64,000 nt of DNA, from contig CBDFMZ010000002.1 in NCBI GenBank assembly GCA_965249865.1, forward strand, positions 482,845 through 546,844. The letters are read 5' to 3'. A program made the translations under genes and the position numbers. This document shows, piece by piece, positions 51,485 to 61,152 of the stretch; the stretch's first letter is position 1; the number at the start of each line of letters is the position of its first letter. This stretch comes from Acidobacteriota bacterium (GTDB lineage Bacteria > Acidobacteriota > UBA6911 > RPQK01 > CBDFMZ01). The notes beneath the pieces are model-generated. The model worked only from the letters and a program-made list of their open reading frames with translations, ran no database searches and was not told the DNA's origin.

Positions 51485-51959
51485 TGCCCAGTTTGCTTGG
51501 GTCTTTTTACTCGTGGGTTCTTTGGGGGTGAGCAGTCCTGCGCAAACACCCTCCCTAACAACCAAACTTCACCGTGAAGTGGTCTCCCGAATTTCAGGGA
51601 ATATCATGTGCACCTGCTCGTGTCCTCACATACTCAAACAGTGCGGTGATGAGTGTGGGATGGCTCCTCAACAGATCTCCAAGATCGAACAGCTTGTTGC
51701 GACAGGTCAGACAGAGGAGCAAGTCTACGCGATCTATGAAAAAGAGTTCGGTGTCGGGATACACGCGGTTCCCAAAGCGGAAGGGTTTAATCTTTTGGCC
51801 TGGATTGTGCCTTTTGCGGGCCTTCTGTTTGGTCTAAGTGTAGTGGTTTTAACTGTAAAGCGGCTGCAGGGGGAAGTTCCTACCCAGTCAACCTTGGTAA
51901 CCGCTCCGGAGATTAGTGAAAAGTATCGTAAACTGCTGGAGAAGGAATTGAGGGAATGA
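51471..51959 (+). CDS. ccmH: CcmH-like cytochrome c biogenesis protein
   Basis: Signal peptide, CTCSC..C..C, EFG..I...P...GFNLLAWIVP; overlaps ccmF. Confidence 0.7.
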   Translation: MRLLSAQFAWVFLLVGSLGVSSPAQTPSLTTKLHREVVSRISGNIMCTCSCPHILKQCGDECGMAPQQISKIEQLVATGQTEEQVYAIYEKEFGVGIHAVPKAEGFNLLAWIVPFAGLLFGLSVVVLTVKRLQGEVPTQSTLVTAPEISEKYRKLLEKELRE

Positions 51960-52026
51960 ATAAAGAGGCGGCAGATCATGAGGCCTAGGGTGGTGGCTGT
52001 GCACTTCTGATTCCCTGTTCGTAGAC

Positions 52027-52332
52027 ATGGCACTTATCATCGCTCCCATCCTTTTTATTGCTGCAGTAATCTACGTCGCCTATCCGCTGTTAAGCGAACG
52101 GGAAGAGTTCTTGGTGGATGAGACAGAGAAAACTGAGCGTGAAAAAGTACTTGAGGAGAAAGAAGAGATCGTCGCCAATCTAAAGGATATTGAGATGGAT
52201 TACCGAATGGGCAAGCTGTCGGCAGAGGACTATTTAAACCTCAAAACAGACTTTGAGCAGCAGGCTGTTCGAGTGTTTCAAAATCTGGAATCACTTAAAA
52301 AATACGGTAGGTCGAGGATCAAGAAATCCTGA
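52027..52332 (+). CDS. Small membrane protein resembling the CcmI N-terminus
   Basis: TM helix, then LKDIEMDYRMGKLSAEDY; lies within the ccm cluster. Confidence 0.6.
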   Translation: MALIIAPILFIAAVIYVAYPLLSEREEFLVDETEKTEREKVLEEKEEIVANLKDIEMDYRMGKLSAEDYLNLKTDFEQQAVRVFQNLESLKKYGRSRIKKS

Positions 52333-52335
52333 CCC

Positions 52336-53049
52336 ATGTCTTCTCCAGACTCTCTTTCCCCCCTGCTTCGGCTCCGGAAACTCACCAAAAAGTTTGGAGT
52401 GGTGACGGCTGTTCGAAATGCTGATCTGGAGATCTATCCGGGTGATTTTGTGGTCATTTTCGGTCCTAATGGTGCCGGAAAGACAACTTTGCTTCGGATG
52501 ATTGCGTCGTTGACTCGACCTAGCAGCGGAGAGGTTACGTTTTTTTCCAGCCGGTCAGACAGGGTAAGAGAGCAAGTGGGCTACCTCTCGCACGAAAGTC
52601 TCCTTTACAATGAGCTGACCGGGTTGGAGAACCTGGTCTTTTACGCCCGGCTCTACCACGTAATGGATCCTGAAAGCCATTGCCGAGATATGTTAGAGAA
52701 GATGGGGTTGGCCGAGGCGAGCCATCGACTAGTTCGAAATTATTCCCGAGGAATGAAACAGCGGTTAACTTTGGCCCGAGTGCTTTTGCATGAGCCTAAA
52801 CTGCTGTTGCTGGATGAGCCCTACACAGGATTAGACCCCCAGGGAAACCGCTTACTGACCGATATGCTTAGCCGGTTGAAAAAGCAGGGGAGGACCGTTT
52901 TGTTGACCACCCACAATTTGGCACAGGGCCTAACACTGTGCAGCCGGATCATCATTCAGCATCGGGGTGGTTTTGTTTTCCAAACAGCCAGTCGGGACGT
53001 AAAGACGACCGACTTTGAGAGATTATATTTTCGGATGGTCGACTGTTGA
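52336..53049 (+). CDS. ccmA: Heme ABC exporter ATPase CcmA
   Basis: GPNGAGKT, YSRGMKQR, LLDEPY; adjacent to ccmB. Confidence 0.88.
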   Translation: MSSPDSLSPLLRLRKLTKKFGVVTAVRNADLEIYPGDFVVIFGPNGAGKTTLLRMIASLTRPSSGEVTFFSSRSDRVREQVGYLSHESLLYNELTGLENLVFYARLYHVMDPESHCRDMLEKMGLAEASHRLVRNYSRGMKQRLTLARVLLHEPKLLLLDEPYTGLDPQGNRLLTDMLSRLKKQGRTVLLTTHNLAQGLTLCSRIIIQHRGGFVFQTASRDVKTTDFERLYFRMVDC

Positions 53050-53063
53050 TGAAACTGAGTACT
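53046..53063. mobile_element. Isolated family A TIR remnant
   Basis: TTGATGAAACTGAGTACT; contains the ccmA TGA stop. Confidence 0.6.
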
Positions 53064-53149
53064 AAGCAAAACCCCACTACAAGCTTGAGAGAGCGAAATT
53101 GTCTGCTGCTTAATTCGACAAGCAGGAGGCGTTAGGCAGAAAACAAAAA

Positions 53150-53827
53150 ATGCAACAAATTCCGCTCATCTGGGTACTGGCCGCTAAAGATTTCAAGATT
53201 GAATACCGCTCACGCCAGGCTTTTTTGAACACACTCTTTTTCGCCCTGTTGATCCTAGTCATCTTCAACTTCGCCTTCGATCCCGGCAGTCCGGCCACGC
53301 GAGAAGCCTCGCCTGGAATTCTCTGGGTCGCTTTGCTGTTTCCTGGCATTATTCAATTGAATCGATCCTTTCAAGCGGAGACCGAAGAGGGAACCCTTTA
53401 TGGCATCATCCTCTCTTCAGTGGATCGAGGAGTCTTTTTTCTAGGCAAGTTCGTTGCAAACTGGTTTTTTCTAATGCTCATCGACTTGTTGATTTTGGTC
53501 GTGTTTGTCATATTCTTTAACTTCACATTCACCACACAATTACTTTGGATCCAGTTGCTGATCGTACTGGCCAGTGCCGGCTTTACGGCTGTGGGCACCC
53601 TGTTTGCTGCTATGGTCAGCGGTATCCGCGCCCGGGAAGTGCTGCTCCCGGTTTTGCTTTTTCCCGTCATCGTTCCTATAATCCTTGCTGCGGTAAATGG
53701 GACGCAGGAGATCCTGATCTACCAGGAGTTGGAGTTTCTGTCCAAGTGGATCCAACTTCTGGCTGCCTTTGACATCATCTTCTTGTCGGCTGGTTTTCTT
53801 GTCTTTGACTATGTTATCGGGGATTAG
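53150..53827 (+). CDS. ccmB: Heme exporter CcmB
   Basis: KDFKIEYR, PGILWV, LLPVLLFPVIVP. Confidence 0.9.
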   Translation: MQQIPLIWVLAAKDFKIEYRSRQAFLNTLFFALLILVIFNFAFDPGSPATREASPGILWVALLFPGIIQLNRSFQAETEEGTLYGIILSSVDRGVFFLGKFVANWFFLMLIDLLILVVFVIFFNFTFTTQLLWIQLLIVLASAGFTAVGTLFAAMVSGIRAREVLLPVLLFPVIVPIILAAVNGTQEILIYQELEFLSKWIQLLAAFDIIFLSAGFLVFDYVIGD

Positions 53828-54545
53828 CGATTCGAGCTGGAGTAGGGCCAACCGCTTTTTGCGGCTAAACGGTTGGCTTTTGCCTCCACTCTATCTCTTA
53901 TTCGTGCTGGCTTTGTATGGAGTCTTTCTTTACGCGCCGACCGAAAAAGAAATGGGTGAAGTCCAGCGCATCTTTTATTTTCACGTGGGAGCGGCCTGGA
54001 ATGCGTTTCTAGCATTTTTTGTCGTCTTTCTCGCCGCAGTGATTTATCTGATCAGTCGCCAGCCGTTGTGGGATTGCCTGGCAGCGGCTTCGGCCGAAAT
54101 CGGACTGATTTTTACGACAATTGTTTTGACGACCGGACCTATTTGGGCCAAACCGGTCTGGAATACCTGGTGGCCATGGGGAGACCCTCGGGTGATGACA
54201 ACCATGGTTCTGTGGTTGATCTATCTCGCCTACTTCATTCTGCGATCCAGTCTTCCCGAAGGAGAAAAGAAATACAGGTATAGCGCGGTCTTTGGTATTA
54301 TTGGGTTCATCGATGTGCCGTTGGTCTGGATGTCCATTCGTTGGTGGAGAACCATTCATCCCGTCGTCATCACCCAATCCGGGACGAATCTTGAAGCGAA
54401 AATGGTCCACGTGTTGGGAATCTCCGTCATCGCTTTCACCGTTCTGTATGCCACTCTGCTCTTGATGCGTACAACGAACCGATTACAGCACGGTCTTGCC
54501 GAGGAGATTGCCCAGGAAATGTTAGAAAGAAGAGTGCAACGATGA
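53811..54545 (+). CDS. ccmC: Heme exporter CcmC
   Basis: RIFYFHV, GPIWAKPVWNTWW.WGDPR, RTIHP. Confidence 0.9.
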   Translation: MLSGISDSSWSRANRFLRLNGWLLPPLYLLFVLALYGVFLYAPTEKEMGEVQRIFYFHVGAAWNAFLAFFVVFLAAVIYLISRQPLWDCLAAASAEIGLIFTTIVLTTGPIWAKPVWNTWWPWGDPRVMTTMVLWLIYLAYFILRSSLPEGEKKYRYSAVFGIIGFIDVPLVWMSIRWWRTIHPVVITQSGTNLEAKMVHVLGISVIAFTVLYATLLLMRTTNRLQHGLAEEIAQEMLERRVQR

Positions 54546-54691
54546 ATAGTTATCTATTTGCCGGATACACTGTGATCTGGACAATTTTCTTTTTTTACCT
54601 CATCTATCTTCATCGAAGTCAAAAACAAACGAGCGAGCGATTGCAAGAATTGCAAAGGGCATTTGATGAGTTCAACGCACATCAGAGATAA
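54542..54691 (+). CDS. ccmD: CcmD-like small membrane protein (49 aa, not in the ORF track)
   Basis: MNSYLFAGYTVIWTIFFFYLIYLHRSQKQ...; ATGA overlap with ccmC. Confidence 0.75.
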   Translation: MNSYLFAGYTVIWTIFFFYLIYLHRSQKQTSERLQELQRAFDEFNAHQR

Positions 54692-54723
54692 ACCAATTAC
54701 CGTCGTCTGCCTACCATACGCTC

Positions 54724-54753
54724 CTTGACAGCCATCCACTCAGATCTTATATT
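54724..54753 (+). promoter_or_regulatory. dnaK sigma70 promoter with a HAIR-like operator
   Basis: TTGACA-17-TATATT; CTTGACA-N7-ACTCAGA. Confidence 0.7.
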
Positions 54754-54815
54754 GAGGAATTACGCTAAAGGTTTATAAGGGTATAGTTTATGCGTATATA
54801 GGGAGGAGAATTTGA

Positions 54816-56729
54816 ATGGGCAAGATTATTGGAATTGACCTGGGAACAACAAACTCGGTCGTCGCAGTAATGGAAGGTGGTGAACCGGTGGTCATCACCA
54901 ATCCGGAAGGGGGCCGATTGACACCGTCGGTGGTGGCCGTGACGAAAAGCGGCGAGCGACTGGTGGGACAAGTGGCGAAACGTCAGGCCGTCACCAATCC
55001 AGAAAACACAATCTATTCCATTAAACGTTTTGTTGGGCGAAAGTACGAAGAGGTTTCGGAAGAAATAGGAATGGTCCCATACAAAGTCTTCCGGACTTCT
55101 AATTACGATGCCGGGGTGGAAATCGGTGGAAAGCAGCACTCGCCGCCGGAGATCTCAGGCATGATTTTGCAAAAGCTAAAGTCGGCCGCCGAGGAGTACC
55201 TGGGAGAGAAGGTAACACAAGCGGTGATTACAGTACCCGCTTATTTTAACGATTCCCAACGACAGGCGACCAAGGATAGCGGTAAAATCGCTGGCTTAGA
55301 AGTGCTCCGATTGGTGAACGAACCCACGGCGGCAGCCTTGGCTTACGGACTGGATAAAAAGAAAGACGAAACCATCGCCGTTTTCGACTTTGGCGGTGGA
55401 ACCTTTGATATCTCCATTCTGGAGGTGGGTGAAGGCGTCGTTGAAGTCAAAGCAACCAACGGGGATACCCATCTTGGTGGAGACAACATAGACCAACGTT
55501 TGATTGAATGGATCGTAGAGGAATTTAAGAAGGACCAGGGTATTGATCTTTCTAAAGACAAGATGGCCTTACAGAGGCTAAGGGAGGCGGCTGAGAAGGC
55601 CAAGATGGAGCTTTCGAGCACTCAGGAAAGTGATATCAATCTTCCCTTTGTCACCGCCGATACCAGCGGGCCCAAGCATCTGAACATGAAGTTGACGCGT
55701 TCCAAGTTTGAGCAGCTAGTCGAGGAGATTTTGCATCGTACCGTCGCGCCCTGTAAACAAGCTCTCGAGGATGCAGGTTTTAAGCAGGAGGCCATCGATG
55801 AAGTTGTATTGGTGGGTGGATCAACCCGGATACCACTAGTTCAGCAGATTGTACGAGAATTCTTCAAAAAAGAACCTCACAAAGGAGTTAATCCCGATGA
55901 AGTGGTAGCAGTCGGTGCTGCTGTACAGGCTGGGGTGCTGGGCGGAGAAGTGAAAGATGTATTGTTGCTCGATGTGACACCTCTTTCTCTGGGCATCGAA
56001 ACGTTGGGGGGTGTCGATACGGTCTTGATTACCAAGAATACCACCATTCCGACTCGCAAGAGCGAGATTTTCTCCACGGCAGCGGATAATCAGACCTCAG
56101 TGGAGGTTCACGTTGTCCAGGGTGAGCGACCGATGGTGCGCGATAACAAATCGTTGGGCAAGTTTCACCTTGTAGGTATCCCGAGTGCCCAACGTGGAGT
56201 TCCCCAAGTTGAGGTGACCTTTGACATCGATGCCAACGGGATAATAAAGGTCAGTGCTAAAGATCTAGGAACTGGTAAGGAACAGAAGATAACCATCACT
56301 GGATCTAGCGGTTTGGGCCAAGCAGAAATCGAAAACATGGTCACAGAGGCCGAGTCACATGCTGAAGAAGATCGCCTCAAGAAAGAAGAGATCGAGGCAC
56401 GTAACCGGGCCGATAACCTGGTTTACAGCACGGAGAAGATCCTGAACGAGAATCGGGATAAAATTGACGAAAGTGAGGCGAAGGTGATCGAGGAGGCTTT
56501 GGCTGAAATGAGAAGTGTTATTGAAGAGGGAGGTGTTGACCGCATCAATAAGGCCTTCGAAAATCTCACCCAAGCTTCGCATCGACTGGCTGAGGTCATG
56601 TATCAAAAGACCCAACAACAACAGGAAACTGAAGTCGAGCAGCAGGCTGATTCGGGAAGCGACACTGAGGGCAAAAAAGGGGAGGATGTAATCGATGCAG
56701 AGTACGTGGACGTGGACGAGAAAAAGTAA
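54816..56729 (+). CDS. dnaK: Chaperone DnaK
   Basis: [36 protein letters not shown] tail. Confidence 0.98.
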   Translation: MGKIIGIDLGTTNSVVAVMEGGEPVVITNPEGGRLTPSVVAVTKSGERLVGQVAKRQAVTNPENTIYSIKRFVGRKYEEVSEEIGMVPYKVFRTSNYDAGVEIGGKQHSPPEISGMILQKLKSAAEEYLGEKVTQAVITVPAYFNDSQRQATKDSGKIAGLEVLRLVNEPTAAALAYGLDKKKDETIAVFDFGGGTFDISILEVGEGVVEVKATNGDTHLGGDNIDQRLIEWIVEEFKKDQGIDLSKDKMALQRLREAAEKAKMELSSTQESDINLPFVTADTSGPKHLNMKLTRSKFEQLVEEILHRTVAPCKQALEDAGFKQEAIDEVVLVGGSTRIPLVQQIVREFFKKEPHKGVNPDEVVAVGAAVQAGVLGGEVKDVLLLDVTPLSLGIETLGGVDTVLITKNTTIPTRKSEIFSTAADNQTSVEVHVVQGERPMVRDNKSLGKFHLVGIPSAQRGVPQVEVTFDIDANGIIKVSAKDLGTGKEQKITITGSSGLGQAEIENMVTEAESHAEEDRLKKEEIEARNRADNLVYSTEKILNENRDKIDESEAKVIEEALAEMRSVIEEGGVDRINKAFENLTQASHRLAEVMYQKTQQQQETEVEQQADSGSDTEGKKGEDVIDAEYVDVDEKK

Positions 56730-56801
56730 AACTTTGTTTCAGTCCTGTTCCCACTTTTACCTCGTCGTATTTTTAATCCCTTGTCCTAGGTTTGCTGAGA
56801 A

Positions 56802-57260
56802 TTACCCTGAAAGATCAGTTGTGTTGCCACGCTGAGTGAACGTTGGTCGGCGGTCAGCCTTCTTTCCTCCTTTGAGCTCATCGCGAAGCTCTTTGTACAT
56901 TCTCCGCAAGACAGCCTGGAATTGGACTCGATCACATTCTTGTTTAGAGAGCGATGCCTTGATTCGGTCAAAGGCAGTCTCCAGCAGAGGTACGATCCGA
57001 GCAGTTTGGCTAGGATCATACGGGATTTGAACCGAGTCCATGCCCAGTTCAGCAAAAATCTTCAAATAGCGAGCAGTGGCCATGTCAGGGCAGGTGACTC
57101 GCTTACGCCCCATTTTTACCTCGAAACCTAGAAACGTATACATGATATGGGGTTGACATTTGCGACCTAACAAGGGGACACGGCGCGTGCGCTGCGAGAG
57201 GACGCGATTGACATAGAGCTGTCCGATTTCCTCGATCTGTTTTCTGATCTCCATCTCCAT
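56802..57260 (-). CDS. Hypothetical protein
   Basis: 152-aa ORF with a GAGGG RBS; CPDMATARYL..F segment. Confidence 0.65.
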   Translation of the reverse strand: MEMEIRKQIEEIGQLYVNRVLSQRTRRVPLLGRKCQPHIMYTFLGFEVKMGRKRVTCPDMATARYLKIFAELGMDSVQIPYDPSQTARIVPLLETAFDRIKASLSKQECDRVQFQAVLRRMYKELRDELKGGKKADRRPTFTQRGNTTDLSG

Positions 57261-57444
57261 ACCCTCACTATACCAGCTACCGCAGGGCCAGGAATGACAC
57301 GGCGTCAGCCGGCCGAGGCGAGGTCAAGCCGGCACTGTTGACTGCCTCTCTGGTGGCGTGATAGCTTTGGCCGGCATTCCAGGAAGATTTAAATTCGAGC
57401 CCCACTAACGAGAGACGATGTGTTAGGATAGTGATCTTCTGGGA

Positions 57445-58083
57445 GTGGAGGGTCAAATTTGGACTTATTTTCGGCTAGTCTTGGCGGCTTTGCATGAGTT
57501 TGTGTTCACACTAGGCGGGACAGGCCTTTTTTTGATTGCTCTGGCGGATTCCTCCTTTCTTTCCATTCCAGAGGGCAATGATCTTCTTATTGTGATGCTT
57601 TCCAGCGGCCAGCGCTGGGGAGTTATGAGCTATTTTGTACTGATGACTGTAGCGGGATCTGTGGCAGGGTGCTCTATGCTTTACTGGGTGGGTCGTCGGG
57701 GAGGGAAATTTATTCGAAACCGTGTCCAGGAGAGGAAGACCAAAGAGATTGCGGGTCTCTATCAGCGCTGGGGAATTTTGAGTGTGTTGGTCCCCTCCCT
57801 GCTTCCCCCTCCGACTCCCTTTAAAATCTTTGTGCTGGCAGCAGGGCTTTTCAAAGTGCCATTTCCGGAATTTCTTCTGGCGGTCGGAATTGGCCGAAGT
57901 ATCCGCTACTTTCTATGGGGGATTTTGGCCGTCCTTTATGGTGAGCTTGCCTCGGTTTTCCTGGCACAGAACATTCACCAGGTTGGGATCATTCTCTTTA
58001 TTTTGTTTGTGGGAGCGGTTTTTGGCTATCTGTGGTTCGGGCTCAAGGCCAGAAGGAAGTCTCCTGAGCAGGAAAAAGCATGA
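57445..58083 (+). CDS. YqaA/VTT (DedA superfamily) membrane protein
   Basis: DSSFLSIPE, GSVAG, LLPPPTPFKIFVLAAG, GRSIRY. Confidence 0.85.
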   Translation: MEGQIWTYFRLVLAALHEFVFTLGGTGLFLIALADSSFLSIPEGNDLLIVMLSSGQRWGVMSYFVLMTVAGSVAGCSMLYWVGRRGGKFIRNRVQERKTKEIAGLYQRWGILSVLVPSLLPPPTPFKIFVLAAGLFKVPFPEFLLAVGIGRSIRYFLWGILAVLYGELASVFLAQNIHQVGIILFILFVGAVFGYLWFGLKARRKSPEQEKA

Positions 58084-58976
58084 GATTGGGTCTGGGTGGA
58101 ATCGGAGTTGTGATTCTCCTATTGAGTTGTGGCTGTGGTGGAGTTGCCAAGCGGAAGAACCGGGTGGATATTCCTCCGGCTTATCTCATAGCGAGGGGGG
58201 CCAGTTTGAAGGAACTGGTCGAACTAATCAACCACCGTTATGCCGGGATCGAGACAATCAGGGTTTCCCACTTCGATGTGGAATTCAAGGCTGGTTCAAT
58301 CGAGAACGGCTATTTCGAAAAATATCCTCGGGCAAAGGGGTATTTGGTGGCGCAAGCACCTGATTCAATGTTGATCAATATTCTGCACTCTCTGATCAGT
58401 TCAACTGTAGTTGTCATGGCGGCTCAGGGTGAAAATTTTCAAATTTGGCATCCCAGTGAGAACAAGTATGTGACGGGAAGTACGACCATCCAATTCGATA
58501 GGGAGAATCCTCTTTTCAATGTTCGTCCCCATCATCTCCTCCAGGGAATATTCGTGGAAAGGATTGCCACAGATAGTCTGCACGAGGGTTATTTTTTGGA
58601 AGAGGACCAAGACGCTGAATTCAAGTATTATGTTCTGGGAGTACTCGAACTGCAGGAGGGTAAACCGACCCTTCGATTGATTCGAAGACTGTGGATCGAA
58701 CGAAGTACCATGCACCTGGTTCGTCAGCAATATTACCGGGAGGGAGAACTGATCAGTACCATTCGCTATCGCCAGCCGATCGAGCTTGGAAACAAGCTGA
58801 TCAACTCAGAGATTGAGGTGGCAAGAACGCGTGAAAGTTACCAGATTCTACTTAACTTGGGGCATAAGGATATCGAGGTGGATCAGCCCATTAAGCCAGA
58901 GGTTTTTGAGGTGCCGATGCCACCGGGTGCCGAATTGGTGGTGGTGAGAAGGAAGGAGGTATCGACTGACCCCTGA
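58080..58976 (+). CDS. Putative lipoprotein, LolA/LolB-like fold (tentative)
   Basis: Lipobox-like LLLSCGC; beta-strand-rich pattern; ends FEVPMPPGAELV like LolA-type proteins. Confidence 0.55.
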   Translation: MRLGLGGIGVVILLLSCGCGGVAKRKNRVDIPPAYLIARGASLKELVELINHRYAGIETIRVSHFDVEFKAGSIENGYFEKYPRAKGYLVAQAPDSMLINILHSLISSTVVVMAAQGENFQIWHPSENKYVTGSTTIQFDRENPLFNVRPHHLLQGIFVERIATDSLHEGYFLEEDQDAEFKYYVLGVLELQEGKPTLRLIRRLWIERSTMHLVRQQYYREGELISTIRYRQPIELGNKLINSEIEVARTRESYQILLNLGHKDIEVDQPIKPEVFEVPMPPGAELVVVRRKEVSTDP

Positions 58977-59060
58977 CCTCGTCAGCATCGACTGTTTGAC
59001 CTTTTCTCGAGACAATGGTTCGGAGGAGGGTTAGTGGTCAGTGGTCTGTAGCGTGCTCAA

Positions 59061-60152
59061 ATGTTCAAACTCATCTACTCGAACTTGTTACAGCGCCCTA
59101 CCCGGACTGGCGTCAGCATTCTAGCGGTGTCCCTGGGAGTGGGTCTGATCCTGATCACTGTAGGTCTTTCCTATGGTCAGCTGAGGAATTTGGCAGAGCG
59201 CACTCAGCGTATTGGCGGAGACTTTATGTTCCAGCCTTTAGATGGTTCTGTTCTTTTCGCGATCGACAGTGGCGTGCTTTCGGTTCACATTCGAGAGGTG
59301 ATCGAAAAAGTAGAAGGGGTGGAGGCGGTGACTCCGATCCTGGTAAAGTTCCTCGGCGACAAGTTTCATCTGGTGTTTGGGATCGACGTGGAAAGCTTTC
59401 AACGTGTCAACAGAAGCCTTCGTTTTGTTGACGGCCGACTATTTGAAACACCTGATGAGGTCATCATTGACACGAACTACGCCTACTCAGGGGATCTCCA
59501 AGTCGGAAATCAGTTGGAACTGCTCGGTCACACCTTTACGATTTCGGGAGTTTTTCAGGAAGGTACAGCGGCACGGGTCTTATTGCCAATGACCACGCTC
59601 CAGGAGATTAACGGCACTCCTGAGAAGGCCACCGTCTTTTTCATCCGGGCCAGTGACCACGCCCAACTCGAGGTGGTCTATGACAGGTTGAAGGAGCGTT
59701 TCAGGCATTATAAAATAACCAAAACAGCGGACTTACAAGAAATCATGGTTTCTAGCATTCCCGCATTCAGACACTTCGTCATCACCATGGTATTCATTTC
59801 AGTGGGGGTCAGCTTTCTCATCATTTTGTTGGCGATGTACAGTACCATTATGGAAAGAACGCGAGAGGTTGGGATTCTGAGATCCCTGGGAGCTTCCAAG
59901 TCCTACATTGTTCGACTGATTATCAGGGAATCGCTGCTGATTTGTACCCTGGGAGTTGCGACAGGATTTCTCTTGACATTTGTGGCGACTAAAATCATTT
60001 TGATGACTTTCCCGAGTATACCGGTTACTATCACGCCTTTTTGGCGGGTGATGGCAGCGGTAATAGCTATTGTGGGTGGGACTCTTGGTGCAGTCTATCC
60101 CGCCGTCAAAGCGGCTCGATTAGACCCGGTACGAGCGCTCGGACATGAATAG
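59061..60152 (+). CDS. MacB/LolE-like ABC permease
   Basis: ERTREVGILRSLGAS, YPAVKAARLDPVRAL. Confidence 0.88.
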   Translation: MFKLIYSNLLQRPTRTGVSILAVSLGVGLILITVGLSYGQLRNLAERTQRIGGDFMFQPLDGSVLFAIDSGVLSVHIREVIEKVEGVEAVTPILVKFLGDKFHLVFGIDVESFQRVNRSLRFVDGRLFETPDEVIIDTNYAYSGDLQVGNQLELLGHTFTISGVFQEGTAARVLLPMTTLQEINGTPEKATVFFIRASDHAQLEVVYDRLKERFRHYKITKTADLQEIMVSSIPAFRHFVITMVFISVGVSFLIILLAMYSTIMERTREVGILRSLGASKSYIVRLIIRESLLICTLGVATGFLLTFVATKIILMTFPSIPVTITPFWRVMAAVIAIVGGTLGAVYPAVKAARLDPVRALGHE

Positions 60153-60164
60153 GAAGACTGTGAG

Positions 60165-60884
60165 ATGAGCCAGAATAATCTGATCATGATTGAAGATCTC
60201 CAGATGATCTATCAGGTTGGGAATGTCGAAGTGCCGGCTTTACGCGGGGTAAGCTTCACCGTCAAAGAGGGTGATTTTGTGGCCATCATGGGTCCTAGTG
60301 GATGTGGCAAGTCAACACTACTTCACATTATTGGTGGTCTGTTGAACCCGACCTCGGGTCGCGTTTTGATCGATGGACTAGACATCGGCTCTATCAGTGA
60401 CGCGAAACGGACGGAAATTCGTAGGCAAAAAATCGGATTTGTGTTCCAGCGTTTTAACCTACTTCCAACGTTGAGTGTGCAGGACAACATCGAATTGGCC
60501 AGGCGTCTTCGTGATAATAGTCATTTTAAACAGCAAAATAGCTTGGAACTGCTAGAATTGTTAGGGCTCGAGGAAAAGATGCGACATAAGCCGTCTCAGC
60601 TGTCCACCGGTGAGCAGCAGCGAGTCGCTATTGCCCGGGCGTTGGTCAGCCGGCCCGCTATTTTATTGGCCGACGAACCCACAGGAAATCTGGACACCGA
60701 TAACTCGCAAACTGTTTTGGGAATGATGCAGGAGCTGAATCACACCCATAACCAAAGCATCATTATGATTACGCATAATCCGGAGGCTGCAGCTATGGCA
60801 GGCCGTATCATCGAAATGCGTGACGGCCGAATACTCAACCCGGTCCAAGATTCGCTTTATGCAGTAGAGCAGAATACGGTTTAA
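60165..60884 (+). CDS. LolD/MacB-like ABC ATPase
   Basis: [32 protein letters not shown]. Confidence 0.9.
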   Translation: MSQNNLIMIEDLQMIYQVGNVEVPALRGVSFTVKEGDFVAIMGPSGCGKSTLLHIIGGLLNPTSGRVLIDGLDIGSISDAKRTEIRRQKIGFVFQRFNLLPTLSVQDNIELARRLRDNSHFKQQNSLELLELLGLEEKMRHKPSQLSTGEQQRVAIARALVSRPAILLADEPTGNLDTDNSQTVLGMMQELNHTHNQSIIMITHNPEAAAMAGRIIEMRDGRILNPVQDSLYAVEQNTV

Positions 60885-60885
60885 G

Positions 60886-61059
60886 ATGGTAACACCTTTT
60901 CGGGTGCTTACCAGAATCGTTTTTTGGACCTATGTCAGGGGCACCTGGCAGTACGACCTCCTTTGTGTGTTAATCCTCGCGTTCATTTTCCTCACTCCAA
61001 GAGCCGTTTTTGATGGTTCCCTTTTTTCCGAGGCGAAACATTCTCATCGAACTCAGTAA
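60886..61059 (+). CDS. Small membrane protein (57 aa, not in the ORF track)
   Basis: MVTPFRVLTRIVFWTYVRGTWQYDLLCVLILAFIFLTPR...; starts 1 nt after the ATPase stop. Confidence 0.65.
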   Translation: MVTPFRVLTRIVFWTYVRGTWQYDLLCVLILAFIFLTPRAVFDGSLFSEAKHSHRTQ

Positions 61060-61152
61060 GAGGACTCACAATCTAATCAAGGACAGGCTCGGAACTGTAG
61101 CCGCTAGTACTCTATTTCTGAAAGAGAGAGGAGGTATTTTCCAGTTTCTCCA

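Noticed and set aside
8967-53063. Dispersed repeats interpreted as a CRISPR array or integron attC sites
   Set aside because: The copies are kilobases apart between core genes, with no repeat-spacer periodicity and no cas or intI gene.
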